Origin: Octopus bimaculoides | Lineage: Eukaryota | NCBI RefSeq assembly: GCF_001194135.2 | Contig: NC_068999.1 | Coordinates: 5,494,598-5,539,364 of the forward strand | Length of the DNA: 44,767 nt | Reading direction: 5' to 3' | Part shown: positions 12,784 to 25,525 of the stretch, piece by piece | How positions within the stretch are numbered: position 1 is the first letter of the stretch | Layout: each line of letters starts with the position of its first letter | Notes under the pieces: generated by a model | The model's database searches: none | Seen by the model: the letters and a program-made list of their open reading frames with translations, nothing else | Told to the model about the DNA's origin: nothing | Position numbers and translations under genes: made by a program

Positions 12784-13219
12784 ATGAAAAGTGTTTGTGG
12801 CTGGTTATTACATTTCATCAATAGCAGACGGATACAAGGAAAAGTTGAAGCTGATGGAGTGGAAGAAATGAAGAAAAGGAACAAAAGAAATATACATGCA
12901 TACAGACGTATGTATGTATGTGTATATATATGTAAATGTATATATGTATATATATATATGTAAATGTATATGTTTGTGTGTGTGTGTATGTATGCGTGTG
13001 TATGTGTATATCAAAGTATACATGTATATTTGTAACTATATATATATATATATATGTATATATCGGTGTATATATGTGTGTGTGTGTATATATACATATG
13101 TATGTATATGTATATATATATATATATATGTTTGAGTGTGTGTATATAATATATATGTATGTTTGTATATATATATATATATATATAGTGTGTGTGTGTG
13201 TATATATATATATATGTGT

Positions 13220-13322
13220 GTGTCTGGTGTAGCCATCTGGTTTCACCAGTCCTCAGTCAAATCGTCCAACCCATGCTAGCATGGAAAGCAGACGTTAAAA
13301 GATGATGATGATGATGATGATG
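13220..13322 (+). mobile_element. Short RTE 3'-tail fragment
   Basis: gtcctcagtcaaatcgtccaacccatgctagcatggaaagcagacgttaaa(gat)n. Confidence 0.85.
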
Positions 13323-13433
13323 TATATGTATATATATGTTGGAGTGTGTGTGTGTATATTATATATATATGTATGTTTGTATATGTATATATTATATATA
13401 TGCGTATAGGTATATATATATTGTGTGTATATA

Positions 13434-13464
<31 letters not shown>

Positions 13465-13717
13465 GTTTGAGTGTGTGTGTGTATATTATATATATATGTG
13501 TATGTATGTATATGTATATATTATATATATGTATGTGTATAAGTATATATAGTGTGTGTGTGTGTATATATGTGTATGTATACACATATGTGTAAAGACA
13601 AAATCAGATTGCCATCCGACTTAGGTTGTTAGGGGAAGACAGGGATCATTTCCGTGAATGAGGAACTTGATTTAAATGGTAAAATAGAATCATCTTCATT
13701 GTTGTTCACTCAATTCT

Positions 13718-13801
13718 TTATTCATGAGAAAACAAAGACTGCATTTTGTTTTGTTTTGGGGCAGAAACAATAGCAACACCACCACCGCCATCGCCGCCAC
13801 C

Positions 13802-13833
<32 letters not shown>

Positions 13834-13914
13834 CAACAATAGCTGCACAAGAAGTTTGCAAGTTTCCAATGGGTTGACTCGTGTCGAGAGAGATCAAATC
13901 AAAGATTGTACTTT
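13718..13914 (-). CDS. Candidate terminal exon of ATP11
   Basis: Acceptor ...cattacacaccaatcag. After the micro-exon it reads (E)STIFDLISLDTSQPIGNLQTSCAAIVVVVVVVGGGGGGGGDGGGGVAIVSAPKQNKMQSLFSHE*. Spliced directly from 22820 it reads KVQSLI*. AATAAA at 13717-13722 overlaps the TAA. Confidence 0.45.
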
Positions 13915-14940
13915 CTGATTGGTGTGTAATGAGAAGAAAGACACATGCACACACACATACACACACACACATGTATAAATATGCATACATATTGATACAC
14001 ATACATACACATATGTACATGTATATGTGTGTGTATTTGTGCATAAATATATAAATATATATATATACACATACATATATATATACAAACATATATGTAT
14101 ATACATATATGTATATATATATGTATATATANNNNNNNNNNNNNNNNNNNNNNNNNNNNNNNNNNNNNNNNNNNNNNNNNNNNNNNNNNNNNNNNNNNNN
14201 NNNNNNNNNNNNNNNNNNNNNNNNNNNNNNNNNNNNNNNNNNNNNNNNNNNNNNNNNNNNNNNNNNNNNNNNNNNNNNNNNNNNNNNNNNNNNNNNNNNN
14301 NNNNNNNNNNNNNNNNNNNNNNNNNNNNNNNNNNNNNNNNNNNNNNNNNNNNNNNNNNNNNNNNNNNNNNNNNNNNNNNNNNNNNNNNNNNNNNNNNNNN
14401 NNNNNNNNNNNNNNNNNNNNNNNNNNNNNNNNNNNNNNNNNNNNNNNNNNNNNNNNNNNNNNNNNNNNNNNNNNNNNNNNNNNNNNNNNNNNNNNNNNNN
14501 NNNNNNNNNNNNNNNNNNNNNNNNNNNNNNNNNNNNNNNNNNNNNNNNNNNNNNNNNNNNNNNNNNNNNNNNNNNNNNNNNNNNNNNNNNNNNNNNNNNN
14601 NNNNNNNNNNNNNNNNNNNNNNNNNNNNNNNNNNNNNNNNNNNNNNNNNNNNNNNNNNNNNNNNNNNNNNNNNNNNNNNNNNNNNNNNNNNNNNNNNNNN
14701 NNNNNNNNNNNNNNNNNNNNNNNNNNNNNNNNNNNNNNNNNNNNNNNNNNNNNNNNNNNNNNNNNNNNNNNNNNNNNNNNNNNNNNNNNNNNNNNNNNNN
14801 NNNNNNNNNNNNNNNNNNNNNNNNNNNNNNNNNNNNNNNNNNNNNNNNNNNNNNNNNNAATAAATAGAAGTTTCTTGAAGTTTAAATTGAGTGTAAAAGT
14901 TAGTTTTTGGTGGTTGTGGGACGGAGGAGATTGTTTAATG

Positions 14941-15289
14941 AAATAGTAGGGGAGAGAGGGAGAGAGTGGGGGAGAGGGACAGAGAGCAGAAGAGAGAGAG
15001 AGAGTGAGATATGGGGAATGAGGAATGGAGGGGATGCGGAGAGAAATAGAATTGGAGGAAAGAGAAAGAGGGAATAAATGAGAGAAAGGAGGAGAAATGG
15101 AAAACGAGAGGATGAGGAGAGAGATAGAGAGAGAAAGAAAAAGAGAGAGATAGAATTGGAGGAAAGTGAGAGGGAAGAAATGAGAGAGAGAGTGTAAGAG
15201 AGAGAAACAGGGACGAGGAAGGGAGGAATGAGGAGAGAGATAGGGAGAGAGAGAGAGATAGAATTGGAGGAAAGTAAAAGAGAAGGAAG

Positions 15290-15327
<38 letters not shown>

Positions 15328-15550
15328 AATGGGAAACGAGGGGATGAAGAGAGAGAGAGAAAGAAAAAGAGATAGAATTGAAGGAAAGTGAAAGAGAGGG
15401 AAGAAATGAGAGAGAAAAAGAGAGAAACGGGGGATGAGGAGATAGATAGGGGGAGAGAGAGAGAAAGAGAGAGACAGAGAAAGAAAAAGAGGGAGGCAGA
15501 ATTGGAGGAAGGTGAAAGAGAAGGAATAAATGAGAGAGAGAGAGAAAGAT
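14941..15550. repeat. ~600-bp polypurine/polypyrimidine compound repeat
   Basis: Plus strand almost all G/A, with (GA)n and atagaattggaggaaag-like units recurring about every 110 bp. Confidence 0.9.
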
Positions 15551-15562
15551 GAAGTCACTTAC

Positions 15563-15590
15563 CCTGTTCTCCATAAAATCTTATGTAGCC
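15563..15590 (-). CDS. Candidate 28-nt micro-exon of the ATP11 C-terminal tail
   Basis: Long pyrimidine tract, then ttttgcag|GGCTACATAAGATTTTATGGAGAACAGG|gtaagt. Phase-0 reading gives GYIRFYGEQ+G. Supported by splice sites and phase only, no homology; other exons could hide in the N gaps. Confidence 0.55.
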
Positions 15591-15651
15591 CTGCAAAAGG
15601 TAAAAAAGAAAACGATAGAAATAGTCCATACATGAGAAATAATAGAGGTGT

Positions 15652-16328
15652 GGGTAAGGCTTTGTGGTTAATACGCTTGCTTTGAACCCATGTGGTCAGT
15701 GGTTCAATCTCAGTGCAAGGACATGTCTTGTATCACAGCCAGAAGAAGTCAACCAATATCTTGCAAGGGAGATATATAGTCACACAGTGTGTGTGTGTAT
15801 TCATTGGCCAAATGACCATCCCCATATATATAACTATATATATATGTATATATATATATATATATACATATATATANNNNNNNNNNNNNNNNNNNNNNNN
15901 NNNNNNNNNNNNNNNNNNNNNNNNNNNNNNNNNNNNNNNNNNNNNNNNNNNNNNNNNNNNNNNNNNNNNNNNNNNNNNNNNNNNNNNNNNNNNNNNNNNN
16001 NNNNNNNNNNNNNNNNNNNNNNNNNNNNNNNNNNNNNNNNNNNNNNNNNNNNNNNNNNNNNNNNNNNNNNNNNNNNNNNNNNNNNNNNNNNNNNNNNNNN
16101 NNNNNNNNNNNNNNNNNNNNNNNNNNNNNNNNNNNNNNNNNNNNNNNNNNNNNNNNNNNNNNNNNNNNNNNNNNNNNNNNNNNNNNNNNNNNNNNNNNNN
16201 NNNNNNNNNNNNNNNNNNNNNNNNNNNNNNNNNNNNNNNNNNNNNNNNNNNNNNNNNNNNNNNNNNNNNNNNNNNNNNNNNNNNNNNNNNNNNNNNNNNN
16301 NNNNNNNNNNNNNNNNNNNNNNNNNNNN

Positions 16329-16370
<42 letters not shown>

Positions 16371-16440
16371 TGTGTGTCTGTATTTGTCCCCCACCATTGC
16401 GTGACAACCGATGTTGGTGTGTTTACATCCATATAACATG
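15652..16440 (+). mobile_element. Degenerate composite SINE spanning an N gap
   Basis: Head-like 15652-15760, (TA)n flanking the gap, tail start tttgtgtgtctgtatttgtcccccacc at about 16368. Confidence 0.6.
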
Positions 16441-17626
16441 CTAGTGGCTGAGTACTCCACAGACATGCATACCCTTGACATATTTCTCGGGGAGATTCAG
16501 CACGACCCCTTTGAATTACAGGTACAACTTAATTTTGCCAGCTGACTGAACTGAAGCAAGATGAAATGAAGTGCATTGCTCAAGGACACAGCGCACCGCT
16601 GGGGATTGAACACTTGACCTTACAATCATGAGCCAAATACTGAAACCACTATGGTTCGTTCTTTCACCGAGTGTCTTATAATAACTTTCTGGATCGGATA
16701 CATTTCTTAAAAATGAAATTTTGCAGAGATAGGTTTTCAATGGAATAGAATGTGATTATATTTTGATAAAACTGAGAAAAAATAATAACATATTTATTGC
16801 AAATATACAAATGAGAAATCTATTTTATTTATTTATATTTTAAGGTAATGGATATTTTCTCATTGAAAATTCGTCTTCATTTCATAATTTTGAGTAACAA
16901 CCGAGAAATTTGATAAAAGTTAAAATTGTAATTATTCTACTGGTGCACGTCATATTTCCTGATATTACCCCATGGTGGCCAAAGTATACTTCCAAAGTAT
17001 ACGACAGATAACGCTCAGGTATATATGAAAGAATGGTTATAGAAATTAATACAAATGATTAGATTTGAAGAAATTAAAGAAGATTAAGACAGCTTGAGGG
17101 AAGAGGAAACTCAAAAGAGGAGTAGGAGTAAGAGGAGGAAGAGGAAGAGAAGAGTGTGTGAGGAAAAAAGAGGATAGGAGGAGAATTTGAAAATAAAATA
17201 TGATGCTTCTCTTTTGTGTGTTTTTGCATTTTAACGTGTTTTTCCTGGTTTCCGTTGGTCAGAGAAAATTCTGTAAGCTAGATTTTTCTACAGCCAGGTG
17301 CTCTTCCTGTCACCAACTCATTCTGCTTTCAAGGGAGGTAATATTGCTTTTATTCATTTCAAATGCTGGTAGCACAATGGCCAGACATGTTTTTGCAGAC
17401 AATTGGAAATGATTGACACCAATGGGAGTGTTTGTCTACAATTAGTGCGTAATATCAAAACTAGAAAACATACATACACCCTTTAATACACACAAGATTT
17501 AAATCTGAACTAAAATTAGTTTCATGTCTCTGAAAATATAATGGTCAGAAAAGACTGTACATACAGCATGCCATGTATCTTCAGACTATCATTCATACTG
17601 AAAGTACAATATGGCTGTTCTTTGAG

Positions 17627-17670
<44 letters not shown>

Positions 17671-18350
17671 GTGGAGGAAAAAGGTATGGCCACAGTCTAA
17701 TTACTGAAACGAGTAAAAGATAAAAGATATGTAAAGATAATGATGATAATGATGATGATGATGATGATGATGGTGTTTTGGAACTAAAATACTTTGTAAC
17801 ATGTCGGCTGATTTTCTGAAACAATCTTTATAAGATGCCTTGACCGAAAACTGTTGCAAGGCATCACAGGAATTTAGCAACACGAGAATGTTTAGAAACA
17901 CAAGCTACTCAGAAGTTTCTCCAAGTAGAAACCAGATTAGCATGGAACTGGTAAAAGCTACCATTCTAGTTTAGACAAATATTATCCATTGCTGGCGCTA
18001 TGTCAATGTATCGTCTCTGAAATTTCTCACCTATTACTGGAGACCAATTAACTGCTCAAATAACGACAACAAGTCTATCACATGAAATACTAATCTAATT
18101 ATCACATTCCCAAAAGCTTCGTTTAGTTGCAAACAAACAAACAAAAATTATCTCATTTGCTTAATTTTGCATTATTTGCATATATAGGAGATTTTACATG
18201 ACCAACATGAAACAAGTCTTGACAATTCCAAACCATTACAGATCTCTGAAGTTCTTATCGGTTCCGGCCCAAATTATAACGCATTCTCTTGTTTGCATAC
18301 AGAATCTGATCACTTTCCTTTCATCTTATCTTTTCTTTCATTGTTTTCAC

Positions 18351-18429
<79 letters not shown>

Positions 18430-20376
18430 NNNNNNNNNNNNNNNNNNNNNNNNNNNNNNNNNNNNNNNNNNNNNNNNNNNNNNNNNNNNNNNNNNNNNNN
18501 NNNNNNNNNNNNNNNNNNNNNNNNNNNNNNNNNNNNNNNNNNNNNNNNNNNNNNNNNNNNNNNNNNNNNNNNNNNNNNNNNNNNNNNNNNNNNNNNNNNN
18601 NNNNNNNNNNNNNNNNNNNNNNNNNNNNNNNNNNNNNNNNNNNNNNNNNNNNNNNNNNNNNNNNNNNNNNNNNNNNNNNNNNNNNNNNNNNNNNNNNNNN
18701 NNNNNNNNNNNNNNNNNNNNNNNNNNNNNNNNNNNNNNNNNNNNNNNNNNNNNNNNNNNNNNNNNNNNNNNNNNNNNNNNNNNNNNNNNNNNNNNNNNNN
18801 NNNNNNNNNNNNNNNNNNNNNNNNNNNNNNNNNNNNNNNNNNNNNNNNNNNNNNNNNNNNNNNNNNNNNNNNNNNNNNNNNNNNNNNGAAAAAAGGGAAT
18901 AGAAAATAAAAAAAAGGGTTACAGCGGATTATTGAAAATTGCAAACAATGTACTGAGGAGATAAATACGAAGGAAGGAAAGAAAGAAAGGGAAGGAAAGA
19001 AAGAAAGGGAAGGAAAGAAAAGGAAAAAGAAACGAAGGTGTTTAAGACTCATTAATTAGCAGTTTAATAAACAAAATCTATCAAATAAGTTGCAAACTTT
19101 AAAAGAACTATGGTGGGGTTTATTTAACCTTTGAAGTCAGTGCTCCTGCTAGGTCGTGGCCCAATGACTGACACCGGTGAAGAGTAAAAGTGTATATCTT
19201 TGTTGTTTAACCCTAGGTTATCCCTTTTCATATGAGCCTATGGTTAAAGGCATTCCAGATGTGCCCATCACCATTTATTTTCTATGTTCTGGCTAATTCT
19301 TACTTCATGGTCTCCGTCTGAAAGTTTATTTTACTAATTTGTAAAAATATTCTGCTATAATCATTTTGGTAACTGGGATGGATGTGGCGGCGTGGTTAAG
19401 GATTTTGCTGCCCCAAAAATGGGGTTTTGGGTTCATGGGTCAAGTGTCTTCTAGTATAGCCTCGGGCCAACCAAAGCCTTGTGAATGAATTTGGTGGACG
19501 GAAACTGAAAGAAGCTTGTCGTATATATATGCATTTATATATATATATATATATATATNNNNNNNNNNNNNNNNNNNNNNNNNNNNNNNNNNNNNNNNNN
19601 NNNNNNNNNNNNNNNNNNNNNNNNNNNNNNNNNNNNNNNNNNNNNNNNNNNNNNNNNNNNNNNNNNNNNNNNNNNNNNNNNNNNNNNNNNNNNNNNNNNN
19701 NNNNNNNNNNNNNNNNNNNNNNNNNNNNNNNNNNNNNNNNNNNNNNNNNNNNNNNNNNNNNNNNNNNNNNNNNNNNNNNNNNNNNNNNNNNNNNNNNNNN
19801 NNNNNNNNNNNNNNNNNNNNNNNNNNNNNNNNNNNNNNNNNNNNNNNNNNNNNNNNNNNNNNNNNNNNNNNNNNNNNNNNNNNNNNNNNNNNNNNNNNNN
19901 NNNNNNNNNNNNNNNNNNNNNNNNNNNNNNNNNNNNNNNNNNNNNNNNNNNNNNNNNNNNNNNNNNNNNNNNNNNNNNNNNNNNNNNNNNNNNNNNNNNN
20001 TCCGATCTTTGAGAGAAGAAAATGGAAAATAAAGCAAAAAAAATTTCTTATTTGATAATTTATAACTTAAAACTGATGGGAAGAAGACTTACATGTGTGT
20101 GCGTGTGTGTATATGTATATCTGTTTTTGTGAGAATGTCTGTATGTGTCTTTGTATATATCTGTGCGTGTGTGTGTGTATTTGAATGTATGCATGTATGT
20201 GAGTGTGTATGTGTGTGTGTGTATTTATCTGTGCATATGTGTGTGTATTTGCATGTGTCATGCATGTGCGTGTTTGTACATATGCGTGTGTATTTGAATG
20301 TGTAAATGTATGTGAGTGTATGTGTATCTGCGTGTGTGTGTATTTGTCTGTGCATATGTGTATGTATTTGTATGTG

Positions 20377-20417
<41 letters not shown>

Positions 20418-20609
20418 TATCTGTACATATGAGTGTGTGTATGTCTGTGTCTGTATCTATCTGTGTGTGTATATGTCTGTCTGTTTCTAAATGTGATAAC
20501 AGAGTCTGATTTTAAAATGTTTAAAATTTAAAAAAATGGGAAAAAAAAGGAAATTAACATAAATAAACCAAAACTAAAAAGTAAAAAAACAACTCACAAA
20601 ACTACCACC

Positions 20610-20641
<32 letters not shown>

Positions 20642-21579
20642 CATCACTACAAAAAACATCAATGCCACCATCACCACCACCACCATCACTACAACCACCA
20701 CNNNNNNNNNNNNNNNNNNNNNNNNNNNNNNNNNNNNNNNNNNNNNNNNNNNNNNNNNNNNNNNNNNNNNNNNNNNNNNNNNNNNNNNNNNNNNNNNNNN
20801 NNNNNNNNNNNNNNNNNNNNNNNNNNNNNNNNNNNNNNNNNNNNNNNNNNNNNNNNNNNNNNNNNNNNNNNNNNNNNNNNNNNNNNNNNNNNNNNNNNNN
20901 NNNNNNNNNNNNNNNNNNNNNNNNNNNNNNNNNNNNNNNNNNNNNNNNNNNNNNNNNNNNNNNNNNNNNNNNNNNNNNNNNNNNNNNNNNNNNNNNNNNN
21001 NNNNNNNNNNNNNNNNNNNNNNNNNNNNNNNNNNNNNNNNNNNNNNNNNNNNNNNNNNNNNNNNNNNNNNNNNNNNNNNNNNNNNNNNNNNNNNNNNNNN
21101 NNNNNNNNNNNNNNNNNNNNNNNNNNNNNNNNNNNNNNNNNNNNNNNNNNNNNNNNNNNNNNNNNNNNNNNNNNNNNNNNNNNNNNNNNNNNNNNNNNNN
21201 NNNNNNNNNNNNNNNNNNNNNNNNNNNNNNNNNNNNNNNNNNNNNNNNNNNNNNNNNNNNNNNNNNNNNNNNNNNNNNNNNNNNNNNNNNNNNNNNNNNN
21301 NNNNNNNNNNNNNNNNNNNNNNNNNNNNNNNNNNNNNNNNNNNNNNNNNNNNNNNNNNNNNNNNNNNNNNNNNNNNNNNNNNNNNNNNNNNNNNNNNNNN
21401 NNNNNNNNNNNNNNNNNNNNNNNNNNNNNNNNNNNNNNNNNNNNNNNNNNNNNNNNNNNNNNNNNNNNNNNNNNNNNNNNNNNNNNNNNNNNNNNNNNNN
21501 NNNNNNNNNNNNNNNNNNNNNNNNNNNNNNNNNNNNNNNNNNNNNNNNNNNNNNNNNNNNNNNNNNNNNNNNNNNNNNN

Positions 21580-21618
<39 letters not shown>

Positions 21619-21897
21619 CACATACACATTTATATAGTAAAGCCAACATAAATTTGACTACTATAAAAGAGGTAAAACAGAAGCCAAATATATTTCATAT
21701 CCTGAAGATGTGGCTGGGAAAGTCTGGAAATTTTGATTATGGCTCTAGGAGGTTTGTTGTTCCAACTAACAGCAAAACTTATACAGGAAAACAACAAAAA
21801 ATATTTAACAAAAATCATGAAACTGCCACACATTGTTCTTTTCAATTAAACACAGACAAAAGGAAAACTGTTTCCCTTATACACACATAGATACGTA

Positions 21898-21929
<32 letters not shown>

Positions 21930-21930
<1 letters not shown>

Positions 21931-22260
21931 TCTTTAGTGTTTTTACATGATTCAGTGTTTTGACTGTGGCCATGCTGGAGCACCAACTTGAAGGGTTTTA
22001 GCCAAAGAAATCAATCCCAAAACTAATTTTAAGCCTAGTAATTATTCTGTTGGTCTCTTTTGCTGGACTGCTAAGTTATGAGGATGTAAGCACACCAACA
22101 CTGTTTGTCTACCAGTGATGTGGGTGACAAACAGACACAAAGCCAAACACACACACACATATACATATATGTATATGCTTCAGGCTTCTTTCACTTTCCA
22201 TCTAACAAATCTCAAGTGTCATATGTATGCAAAGTTTTGTGAATATTGGTTTGCTGATTT
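21930..22260 (-). mobile_element. Composite SINE copy, head truncated
   Basis: gactgtggccatgctggagcacc...caggcttctttcactttcc. Confidence 0.75.
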
Positions 22261-22367
22261 AGGCACTAAGTTGGTAACAGACAAACAGAAATTGCCATTG
22301 ATATATATAGCTTCATTGCTAAATCCACAAGTTGTTTTATTCTCTGTGTGTTTATTTTCTCTTATTC

Positions 22368-22403
22368 CTTTCTGTTGAAGAGCGTAGGCTCAAAATGTAA
22401 AAG
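22368..22403 (+). ncRNA. Decayed copy of the CUGUUGA hammerhead-like motif
   Basis: CTTT-CTGTTGA-A-GAGC-GTAG-GCTC-AAAA-TGTA-AAAG. GAAA and ACGT altered by CpG-type changes relative to the copy at 25489. Confidence 0.4.
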
Positions 22404-22497
22404 ACTTTCTCACTTTCCTGAGGATCAAACTAATATACCTGCTTGTTGTTCATACACCTGCCTTTGTCTTTTGTTTTTGTTTTTTGTAAATTTCAAT

Positions 22498-22562
<65 letters not shown>

Positions 22563-22819
22563 TCATCATCATCGTTTAATGTCTGTTTTTCATGCTGCCA
22601 TGATGGCTGCAGTACAGAGAGTGAATCCAGTAAAAGAATATTAAGAATAAGAGAACGGAAAGAGTAAAAGGATACAAGAATAAAATAATGCAAGAATAAG
22701 AGAAAAAGAGAATGAAAAGAATAAGTGAGTAAAGGAATAAGGGAATGAAAAAAATAAGAGAATAAACGACTAAAAGTATAACAGAATAAAAGAATAAAAG
22801 AATAAAAGAATAATCTTAC

Positions 22820-22988
22820 TCCTGCTCTTTGTAATTTGTTGTGGTATTTGACATCATAAACGAACTTGATGAGGTAATCTGGTAACAAGGCAACACAAGG
22901 TAGAATAATGATGGTGAGCCAGAATGTGCCACTGGTGAGGATGTTTTGAAGAATCATGTACAAGTTATTGCTGTCAAGGAACTGACTC
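22820..22988 (-). CDS. ATP11: ATP11-like exon (TM10 and start of the tail)
   Basis: (W)SQFLDSNNLYMILQNILTSGTFWLTIIILPCVALLPDYLIKFVYDVKYHNKLQRAG. atccag/gtaaga, 169 nt, phase 2/0. Confidence 0.94.
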
Positions 22989-23417
22989 CTGGATAATGTA
23001 ATAGAGGGAAAAACATCAACAAACAAAACATAATATTTCATTCTATTATATATATATATATATATATAATTAAAATAGTAGGGTAAAAAATTGGATATTA
23101 ATTAATATCAATTTAATATTTGAATATTACTCTATATAATTAATAGAACCATGTGCACGTTCCTCACACGTTGGGAACAACTAGTACACGATTCTGGGAA
23201 TTATATCTCTCTGGCAGTCCGTACTGAGGAGAAACAGATATTTTCGGTGAGAAAGTATTGATTTCGAAACCATGGTCTACGGATAACCTTGTATTTATTT
23301 CTATATTTTTCACTAGTCTCGCCTGTATGTTTTCGCTTTGCTAAATTTTTTCTTTGAAAACTTTTCGGTAATCTTCTTCTAGCACATTGGCAGTCCATTT
23401 AGTGGTCTCTTTTATAT

Positions 23418-23461
<44 letters not shown>

Positions 23462-23630
23462 GCATGTGTGTTTATGTATATCAATATATCAGTTATTATG
23501 TAACATAGATTCTTGTGTGACTGAAATTCTCCCAGGCAGTGCCCCGGCATGGCTACAGCAGTCTAATGACTGAAACAAGTAAAAGACAAGAGATAAGATG
23601 AGTCTTAAATGCAGAAGAAATACGACTTAC

Positions 23631-23734
23631 CACAGGAAACTGTCGTAAATAAATAAAAGGATAAAAGAGCCGACAAATGTAATGACGAAGGACAATGCGA
23701 AGAGGTGGTACCAGGAGTAGGTTTCCACTGCAAG
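23631..23734 (-). CDS. ATP11: ATP11-like exon (TM9)
   Basis: LAVETYSWYHLFALSFVITFVGSFILLFIYDSFL+TG. ttccag/gtaagt, 104 nt, phase 0/2. Confidence 0.94.
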
Positions 23735-23756
23735 CTGGAACACAAGAGAAATAATT

Positions 23757-23796
<40 letters not shown>

Positions 23797-24164
23797 GCGC
23801 TCTGAAATTTTTCCTAAGCCTTTTTTTTTAATGCTGGCAATTATTCTTTCAAAGTAACCACCCCACCTGCTGATTAGGTCATTTAAGTACAAAAGCTATT
23901 AGCTACTTCAAAGGAGCCTTCTGAGCAGTTCAAAGAACCTGTTTCCCAAGAACATTCCATGCTTCATGCTCTGGTACCTAAGACATACATGAAAACTGCA
24001 TTTGTTGTTAACCACCCTGTGATCCCACTACAGCCTTGTGAATCCATTGTTTACATGGGGCACACTGTATGGAGTTTCTACTGACTCCTTTTATCTAGAA
24101 AGGTAGATAAATAGATATATGGATAGACAAATAACTAGGTATTGAATGAAAAAGGAAGACTTAC

Positions 24165-24230
24165 CTTCAAGTTTACAGTGACAGTGCACACAAAGTAAAC
24201 CATGAACCCAAAGGACCAGTTCCCAATAGA
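24165..24230 (-). CDS. ATP11: ATP11-like exon (TM8)
   Basis: SIGNWSFGFMVYFVCTVTVNLK. atcag/gtaagt, 66 nt, phase 0/0. Confidence 0.95.
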
Positions 24231-24902
24231 CTGATGGGAGCAAAAATATTAAAAAAATGCTATCATAAAATGGAACAAAAATGCAACAGAGGACAATAAA
24301 ACATTTGGACAGATAGATGATACAAAGGCGGACAGGAGAAACAATAATTAGGACAGGCAAAAAAGACGGGTCATTCGTGGCCTTCCTTCCTCAGTCAGAT
24401 ATACCAAAAGTTCTTATTATTTCGGGCAGTTACACTTGAGACAATTTGATCTGGTTGCCCCACAAAAAGTCTATGCTAAGAGCATTAGACTTTTTTGTAA
24501 GAAAGCTAGTGAATGTGTACGGCAACAAAGACAAAAAAAACGGAGAACATGGTACACAATTACAAATACAAGAATATAACAACAGGTGTCTTTCAACTGA
24601 AAACAAATCAAATTCAGCTGGTGTGTATGAAGTGAAAGCCTAAAGGCAGGAACATAGGAGATGGACATAAGAGGTGTTTGCAGTCGGCAGTCAGGCCAAG
24701 AATGATAGATCATGGCTGGCCGGACACCGGTCACGTGGAAAGAGGAGAGAGGTGTAGGGAGTAGTGGGATTGAAGGATTAGAAAAAAACAAAAATATTCA
24801 ATATCAGTTACATTCATATGAGAAACCATAAAAGGTGATTTTTAGATATAAAAAAAAGAGAAAAATAAAAATAAAAGACTGTTTGAGATAAAGGTGACTT
24901 AC

Positions 24903-24982
24903 TTTGCCATCTTCAAAAATTGAAGTTGTGTCAGAAATCAGTAACTGGACCCCAAAGTATACAACCAGTGAATGCCAAATAG
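24903..24982 (-). CDS. ATP11: ATP11-like exon (TM7)
   Basis: (A)IWHSLVVYFGVQLLISDTTSIFEDGK. cccag/gtaagt, 80 nt, phase 1/0. Confidence 0.93.
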
Positions 24983-25449
24983 CTGGGAAAGAGAAAACCC
25001 AAACTTTAAATAATGACAACAATAACAACTAAAAGAATAAAATTCACATTGAATTACTCGGGTATTTCCCTGACATGTAGACAATTCTTCAGACAGAAAT
25101 AATCTTAAAGAATAGAGAAATCTATACAATGAGGTAGAGTCTAATAATTTCATTCAAAAGCTGGATTTTAACCATTGAACACACTACAACTAACAGTTTC
25201 ACCATCTGTCAGCTCATCAGGTAATGATATTAATCAGTGTTGATGCTATTACCTAATATACCAGACAAATAGAGATTAAGAGGTTTGTTTCTCAACCAAA
25301 TGGTTTCGAGTTCAGTCCCACCTTGGGCAACAATCTTCTACTTTAGCCCTGGGCTGACCAAGGCCTTGTGAGTGGATTTGATAGAGGGGAAACTGAAAGA
25401 GTTCTGTCATTTATATAGATATGTGTGAGCATGTAAATATATGTATGTG

Positions 25450-25488
<39 letters not shown>

Positions 25489-25490
<2 letters not shown>

Positions 25491-25525
25491 TTTCTGTTGA
25501 AGAGCGTAGCTCGAAACGTCAAAGA
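25489..25525 (+). ncRNA. Minimal type-I hammerhead-like motif with a variant core (CUGUUGA)
   Basis: TCTTT-CTGTTGA-A-GAGC-GTA-GCTC-GAAA-CGTC/AAAGA. Stem I 5 bp perfect, stem II 4 bp, palindromic ACGT stem III, GUC triplet. Position 6 is U instead of A. Confidence 0.55.

Noticed and set aside
17275-17345. Plus-strand exon-like segment (ttttctacag...GGGAG|gtaata)
   Set aside because: It matches the RTE-tail-related repeat motif tttctacagctggatgcccttcct, and no partner exons were found on the plus strand.
17626-17667. Long poly(A) run as a processed-pseudogene tail
   Set aside because: No recognisable upstream coding or SINE body and no target-site duplication seen.
18929-18975. Alternative ATP11 tail exon (ctcctcag|TACATTGTTTGCAATTTTCAATAA, YIVCNFQ*); similar candidates near 21750 and 17820
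   Set aside because: Acceptors are plausible but there is no homology, strong donor or nearby poly(A) support; cannot be ranked without RNA data.
25186-25224. Minus-strand CTGATGA...GAAAC hammerhead candidate
   Set aside because: Stem II has one Watson-Crick pair plus three wobbles, and stem I does not pair; too weak to support.
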